A DNA stretch of 20,445 bases. Origin: an uncultured bacterium (GTDB taxonomy: Bacteria > Abyssobacteria > SURF-5). Where the stretch lies: the NCBI GenBank assembly GCA_964607485.1, contig CAZSKP010000060.1, positions 1-20,445 on the forward strand, read 5' to 3'. Position numbers and translations under genes: made by a program. Below the pieces are notes generated by a model, which searched no databases, was not told the origin of the DNA, and saw only the letters and a program-made list of their open reading frames with translations. This document shows, piece by piece, positions 16,689-20,445 of this stretch; the first letter of the stretch is position 1, and each line of letters begins with the position of its first letter.

Positions 16689-17069
16689 ATGGGAAATACC
16701 GAAAAGAGAGTAGATGAATCGTGGAAAGATGAGGTCGCGAGGGAAAAGCAGCGGGCGCAGCGCGAAAAGGAGAAGGATGCCTCGCAGAGAGCCCGCGCCG
16801 CTCAGACCGGTTTTCCCCCTGTGCAGGCCAGTTTCGCGATGCTCATAACCGAGCTTGCCATGCAGGCGACTCTTTTTTTGGGCGAGATTCCCGACCCCGA
16901 GACCAACGAGCCCATCGAGGATCTGAACCGCGCGAAATATCTGATAGACGAGCTGGGCGTGCTGGAGCAAAAAACCGCAGGCAACCTCACCCCCGATGAG
17001 GAGCGAGCCCTCAAGAACGTGCTCTATGAGCTCCGGATGAAATATGTCAAGAAGGCGCCAAAGCCGTAA
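16689..17069 (+). CDS. DUF1844-family protein
   Basis: FAMLITELAMQATLFLGEIPDP..DLNRAKYLIDELGVLEQKTAGNLTPDE..LYELRMKYV matches the DUF1844 pattern; GGAGGAG SD. Confidence 0.85.
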   Translation: MGNTEKRVDESWKDEVAREKQRAQREKEKDASQRARAAQTGFPPVQASFAMLITELAMQATLFLGEIPDPETNEPIEDLNRAKYLIDELGVLEQKTAGNLTPDEERALKNVLYELRMKYVKKAPKP

Positions 17070-17114
17070 CCCAACGGGGGACGGCGCGTCCTCTCGAAAA
17101 GGAACCCAAGCGTT

Positions 17115-18386
17115 ATGCCGGCACATGTGGTCGTAGGAACACAGTGGGGAGACGAGGCGAAGGCCAAGGTGGTGGACTTTTTGGCCGAGAGCGCCGCTGC
17201 GGTGGTGCGCTTCAACGGCGGCGCCAATGCGGGACACACGGTCGCCGTTGACAACGAGAAGTTCATCTTTCACCTCGTGCCGTCCGGAATTCTCCACCCC
17301 GACACGATGTGCATAATCGCCAGCGGCGTCGCCGTCGAGTTGCAGCAGCTTTGCAGCGAAATCGACGAGCTTGCGGGTCGCAGCATGACGGTCGACAAGA
17401 ACCTCCGCATCTCGGAGGGAGCGCACGTCGTGATGCCGTACCACAAGGCGCTCGACGTTGCGCGTAACAAGCGGGCCAACAGCATCGGCACGACCGCGCG
17501 CGGCATCGGGCCCGTCTATTCGGACAAGCATGCCTACATGGGCATACGCGTGAATGACCTTTTCGACAGGGAACGGCTGCTCGCGAAGCTGCGGACCGCG
17601 CTGGGCGAGAAGAACGTCGTGTTCGAACGACTGTACGACATCCCCGCGTTCGACCCGGAACAGATCGCCGACGAGCTGGGGCCGTACGCCGAGAAGATAA
17701 GGCCCCTTGTCGCCAACACCTCGCTCCTCATCAACAGGCTGCTCGACGAAGGCAAGACGGTGCTGTTCGAGGGAGCGCAGGGAACGATGCTCGACATCGA
17801 CCACGGCACGTATCCCTACGTCACCTCATCGCACCCAATAAGCAGCGGCGTGTGCGTCGGGGCGGGAATCGGTCCGCAGAGGCTCGAGCGGATCATCGGC
17901 GTCGTGAAGGCTTACATCACCCGCGTGGGCAACGGGCCGATGCCTACAGAGTTGAAGAACAAGACGGGCGAATACCTCCGCGCGAGGGGCGGCGAATTCG
18001 GCGCCACGACGGGCCGACCGCGCCGGTGCGGCTGGTTCGACTGCCTCGTGGCAAAACACGCGAAGAGGATAAACGGACTGACCGAGGTCGCCGTCACCAA
18101 GCTCGACGTGCTCGACGAACTCGAAACCATAAGGATATGCGAGGCCTACTCGTACCGCGGCGAAAGGCTGACCGAGTTCCCCGAGCAGGCCGACATGCTG
18201 TACGAATGCGAGCCCATCCTGACCGAACTTCCCGGCTGGCAAGAGGACACCTCGAGCGTCACCTCATACTCCGACCTGCCTGAGAAGGCGAAAAGCTACG
18301 TCTCGAGCCTCGAGGAAATCATCGGCTGTCCCGTCACGCTCATCGGCGTCGGCCCGGAGCGCAGCCAGACGATCATGGCGCCGTAG
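17115..18386 (+). CDS. purA: Adenylosuccinate synthetase
   Basis: GTQWGDEAKAK, RFNGGANAGHT, IGTTARGIGP, FEGAQG..LDIDHGTYPYVTSS, GATTGRPRRCGWFD, TKLDVLD. Confidence 0.98.
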   Translation: MPAHVVVGTQWGDEAKAKVVDFLAESAAAVVRFNGGANAGHTVAVDNEKFIFHLVPSGILHPDTMCIIASGVAVELQQLCSEIDELAGRSMTVDKNLRISEGAHVVMPYHKALDVARNKRANSIGTTARGIGPVYSDKHAYMGIRVNDLFDRERLLAKLRTALGEKNVVFERLYDIPAFDPEQIADELGPYAEKIRPLVANTSLLINRLLDEGKTVLFEGAQGTMLDIDHGTYPYVTSSHPISSGVCVGAGIGPQRLERIIGVVKAYITRVGNGPMPTELKNKTGEYLRARGGEFGATTGRPRRCGWFDCLVAKHAKRINGLTEVAVTKLDVLDELETIRICEAYSYRGERLTEFPEQADMLYECEPILTELPGWQEDTSSVTSYSDLPEKAKSYVSSLEEIIGCPVTLIGVGPERSQTIMAP

Positions 18387-18410
18387 CGGCCGCTCCTCAG
18401 ACTTTTCCGC

Positions 18411-18439
18411 TTGACATTCTGCGAGATGCAGAATAGAAT
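18411..18439 (+). promoter_or_regulatory. sigma70 promoter of the riboswitch/btuB transcript
   Basis: TTGACA (18411-18416), 17 nt, TAGAAT (18434-18439). Confidence 0.85.
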
Positions 18440-18453
18440 ATGCTCCGACATAA

Positions 18454-18660
18454 GGGGCAACGGGCGTTTCCTCAGGGGAAACGTGAGGGAAGACGGTGAG
18501 AATCCGTCGCGGCCCCGCCGCTGTGATCGGCGACGAAAGCCGCTACAGCCACTGGCCCGCGTGGCCGGGAAGGCGCGGCGAGTAGGATGACCCGTAAGCC
18601 AGAAGACCTGTCCGATGCCGCTTCACACAGGAAATTCTCCGTGGGGAGAATGTGAAGGGC
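18454..18660 (+). ncRNA. Cobalamin riboswitch 1 (with P13 kissing-loop hairpin)
   Basis: AGGGAA-GACGGTGAGAATCCGTC (P4 T-loop), P5 with CCCC loop, CTGTGA, GCCACTG (18548), GGGAAGG (18567), B12 box AGCCAGAAGACC (18597-18608), P13 ATTCTCC-GTGG-GGAGAAT. Confidence 0.93.
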
Positions 18661-18673
18661 TGGAGCGAAGGAA

Positions 18674-18707
18674 CCCCGGTTCTCCCATGAGAATTGGGGA
18701 TTTTTTT
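18674..18707 (+). terminator. Intrinsic terminator, expression platform of riboswitch 1
   Basis: CCCCGGTTCTC-CCAT-GAGAATTGGGG followed by ATTTTTTT. Confidence 0.8.
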
Positions 18708-18708
18708 C

Positions 18709-18922
18709 GCTGAGATGGCACGCCCTTTTTGAACCCCGTCGAACGGATGTAGGGAAAGCGGTGAGAGTCCGCTTCTGCCCGGCAACTGTGATCGGCACGA
18801 AACCCGCACGACGCCACTGTTCGCACCCAAACGGATGGGAAGGCGCGGGGAGTAGGCGACGCCGTCAGTCAGTAAACCTTGCCGTTCGGCCCACCACTCG
18901 CCCTTTCCAGGGAAAGGAGGAG
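18709..18922 (+). ncRNA. Cobalamin riboswitch 2 (SD-sequestering)
   Basis: P1 GCTGAGATGGCA/TGCCGTTCGGC, AGGGAA-AGCGGTGAGAGTCCGCT, CAACTGTGA, GCCACTG (18813), GGGAAGG (18837), AGTCAGTAAACC (18867-18878). Downstream hairpin CCTTT-CCAGGG-AAAGG overlaps the AGGAGG SD. Confidence 0.9.
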
Positions 18923-18926
18923 AAAC

Positions 18927-20445
18927 ATGAAGAAGTGGTTTGTAGTCCCCGCGTTCATTCTTGCCCTAGGCGTCGGTTCGCCGGCCCACGCGCTGCCGCC
19001 CCAGCCGGCGGACGAGGCTCAGGAAGAGACGATCGCCGCCGAACAGAAACCGCCCGAGAAGAAGCCCGTCGAGAAAGCGCAGCCGCACAAGGAAGCGCCG
19101 ACCCTTAAGAAGGTTGTCGTCTCGGCCAAGCGTCTGCCGGGTGAACCAGAGGAGCTTTCCCGGATTCCCACGAACGTGACGATAATCACCGGGGAGGAAA
19201 TAGAAAGTTCCGGAGCGCCCACCGTTCAGGAGTTCCTGAAGGATGAGGCCGGGTTCGTCATATACGACCAGGTCGGAAACGGCGTGCAGGCGGTGGTTGA
19301 CCTGAGGGGATTCTATCAGGGAACGGCGACGTCCGTCCTCGTCGATGGCGTCAGGGTGAACGAGCCGAACGACAACTTCGTCAGCTTCGAGCTGCTTCCG
19401 CCGCCGGAGGACATCGAGCGGATAGAAATCATTCGAGGGGGCGCGTCCACCATCTATGGCGAGGGCGCGTTCGCGGGCGTCATCAATATCATCACCAAGA
19501 AGGGCGTCTCCGAACAGCCGACCGTCACGTTCGGCAGCTCCATCGGGTCGTTTTACACACAGATGCACCACGTCACCGGCAGCGGTCGGTGGAAGGACTT
19601 CAACTACTACGTCGGGTTCGCCAGGAACCTTTCGGACGGCTTCCGCGACAACAGCGGGTACAGGGAATCGAAGCTCCATCTCAAGCTGGGATACGATTTC
19701 AGCGAATATTCCGACATATCCTTCTCGTATGATTACGTGAACAACAGCTTCAACCAGCCGGGCGCGCTCACGAAGGAGGAACTCAGGCAGAGCCGAACCC
19801 AGGCTCCCTTCAACTCGGTTGACGGCAGCAAGGCCGACTCGGACATATTCTCGCTCAACTACCACCTGAATTTTCTCGAAGACTTCGACCTGAACCTGAA
19901 TGCGTTCCGCCGACAGGTCAACACGAGCGTGCTCACGACGGGCAGGTTCGCTCACTTCTTCGGCACGGGCTTTTCGACCGATTCCGAAAACATCTCCACG
20001 GGGTTCACCAGCCAACTGAAGAACGACCGCGAATTCTGGGGACACAGAAACGTATTGACGACGGGCTTCGAGTACACGCGCAACGACTTCGACGCCAGCG
20101 GCTTCATGACCGACCTCTCCGGGACCAAGCTTGCGCTGTCTTCCCGTACGGACACCGGGCAGGACGTGTACGGCGTCTTCGTGGAGGACAGCTTCGACGT
20201 CACCGACAAGCTCGTGCTGACTGCCGGTGTCAGGTATGACTCCGAAGGCCTCGATTTCGACGACGAACTTGTCCCCGCAAACGACGACTCGAAAACCTTC
20301 GACGAGGTGAGCCCGAAGGTGGGGGCGATATACAACTTCAACGACACCACGAGCGTCTACGCCAACTATTCGGAGGGCTTCCTCTCTCCGACAATCATTC
20401 AACTGTTCGCCTACCCGGGATTCGGCTCCAATCCCGGCCTCGATC
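18927..20445 (+). CDS. btuB: TonB-dependent outer-membrane receptor, probable corrinoid (B12) transporter, 3'-truncated
   Basis: Absent from the ORF track because no stop lies in the window. Signal peptide MKKWFVVPAFILALGVGSPAHA, TonB-box-like KVVVSAKR, plug motifs DLRGF, VLVDGVRVN, DIERIEIIRGGASTIYGEGAFAGVINIITK, then beta-barrel-like sequence. Substrate is inferred from the riboswitches. Confidence 0.88.
   Translation, partial: MKKWFVVPAFILALGVGSPAHALPPQPADEAQEETIAAEQKPPEKKPVEKAQPHKEAPTLKKVVVSAKRLPGEPEELSRIPTNVTIITGEEIESSGAPTVQEFLKDEAGFVIYDQVGNGVQAVVDLRGFYQGTATSVLVDGVRVNEPNDNFVSFELLPPPEDIERIEIIRGGASTIYGEGAFAGVINIITKKGVSEQPTVTFGSSIGSFYTQMHHVTGSGRWKDFNYYVGFARNLSDGFRDNSGYRESKLHLKLGYDFSEYSDISFSYDYVNNSFNQPGALTKEELRQSRTQAPFNSVDGSKADSDIFSLNYHLNFLEDFDLNLNAFRRQVNTSVLTTGRFAHFFGTGFSTDSENISTGFTSQLKNDREFWGHRNVLTTGFEYTRNDFDASGFMTDLSGTKLALSSRTDTGQDVYGVFVEDSFDVTDKLVLTAGVRYDSEGLDFDDELVPANDDSKTFDEVSPKVGAIYNFNDTTSVYANYSEGFLSPTIIQLFAYPGFGSNPGLD

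Noticed and set aside
18650..18690. Mini-ORFs between the riboswitches (ATG-TGA at 18650; GTG 12-codon MKGWSEGTPVLP)
   Set aside because: SD spacing is too short, and the GGGGAG is explained as the P13 kissing-loop/antiterminator sequence.
18472..19108. ORFs called across the riboswitch region (18472-18798, 18543-18830, 18623-18826, 18761-19108)
   Set aside because: They overlap conserved riboswitch structure or are out of frame with the receptor gene; no protein features.
1..20445. CRISPR arrays, transposases, integrases, prophage or defence genes
   Set aside because: No repeat-spacer periodicity or mobile-element proteins seen; nearly all sequence is accounted for by metabolic and housekeeping genes.

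Overview
GC-rich bacterial chromosomal window; every supportable gene is on the + strand. Bases 1-14885 form a Wood-Ljungdahl (reductive acetyl-CoA) cluster: 3' part of a large HdrA-like flavoprotein, mvhD (selenoprotein; in-frame UGA plus SECIS-like hairpin, split by the ORF track), folD, metV, metF, Ni-CO dehydrogenase cooS/acsA, an extended CooF-like polyferredoxin, acsB, acsC, acsV (RACo), acsD and acsE. No cooC/acsF or fhs lies in the window. Next come housekeeping genes: ndk, a 31-aa bS22/COX24-like basic protein missed by the ORF track, hisG, a DUF1844 protein and purA. The window ends with a sigma70 promoter, two tandem cobalamin riboswitches (the first apparently transcriptional, the second translational) and a 3'-truncated BtuB-like TonB-dependent receptor, implying a diderm anaerobe. 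The components belong to known families. The most noteworthy points are their wiring: Sec-MvhD coupled to folD, a CRP/FNR-like class II site before metVF, the six-cluster CooF fusion, and the mixed-mechanism tandem riboswitch. I found no wholly new system that I can support.
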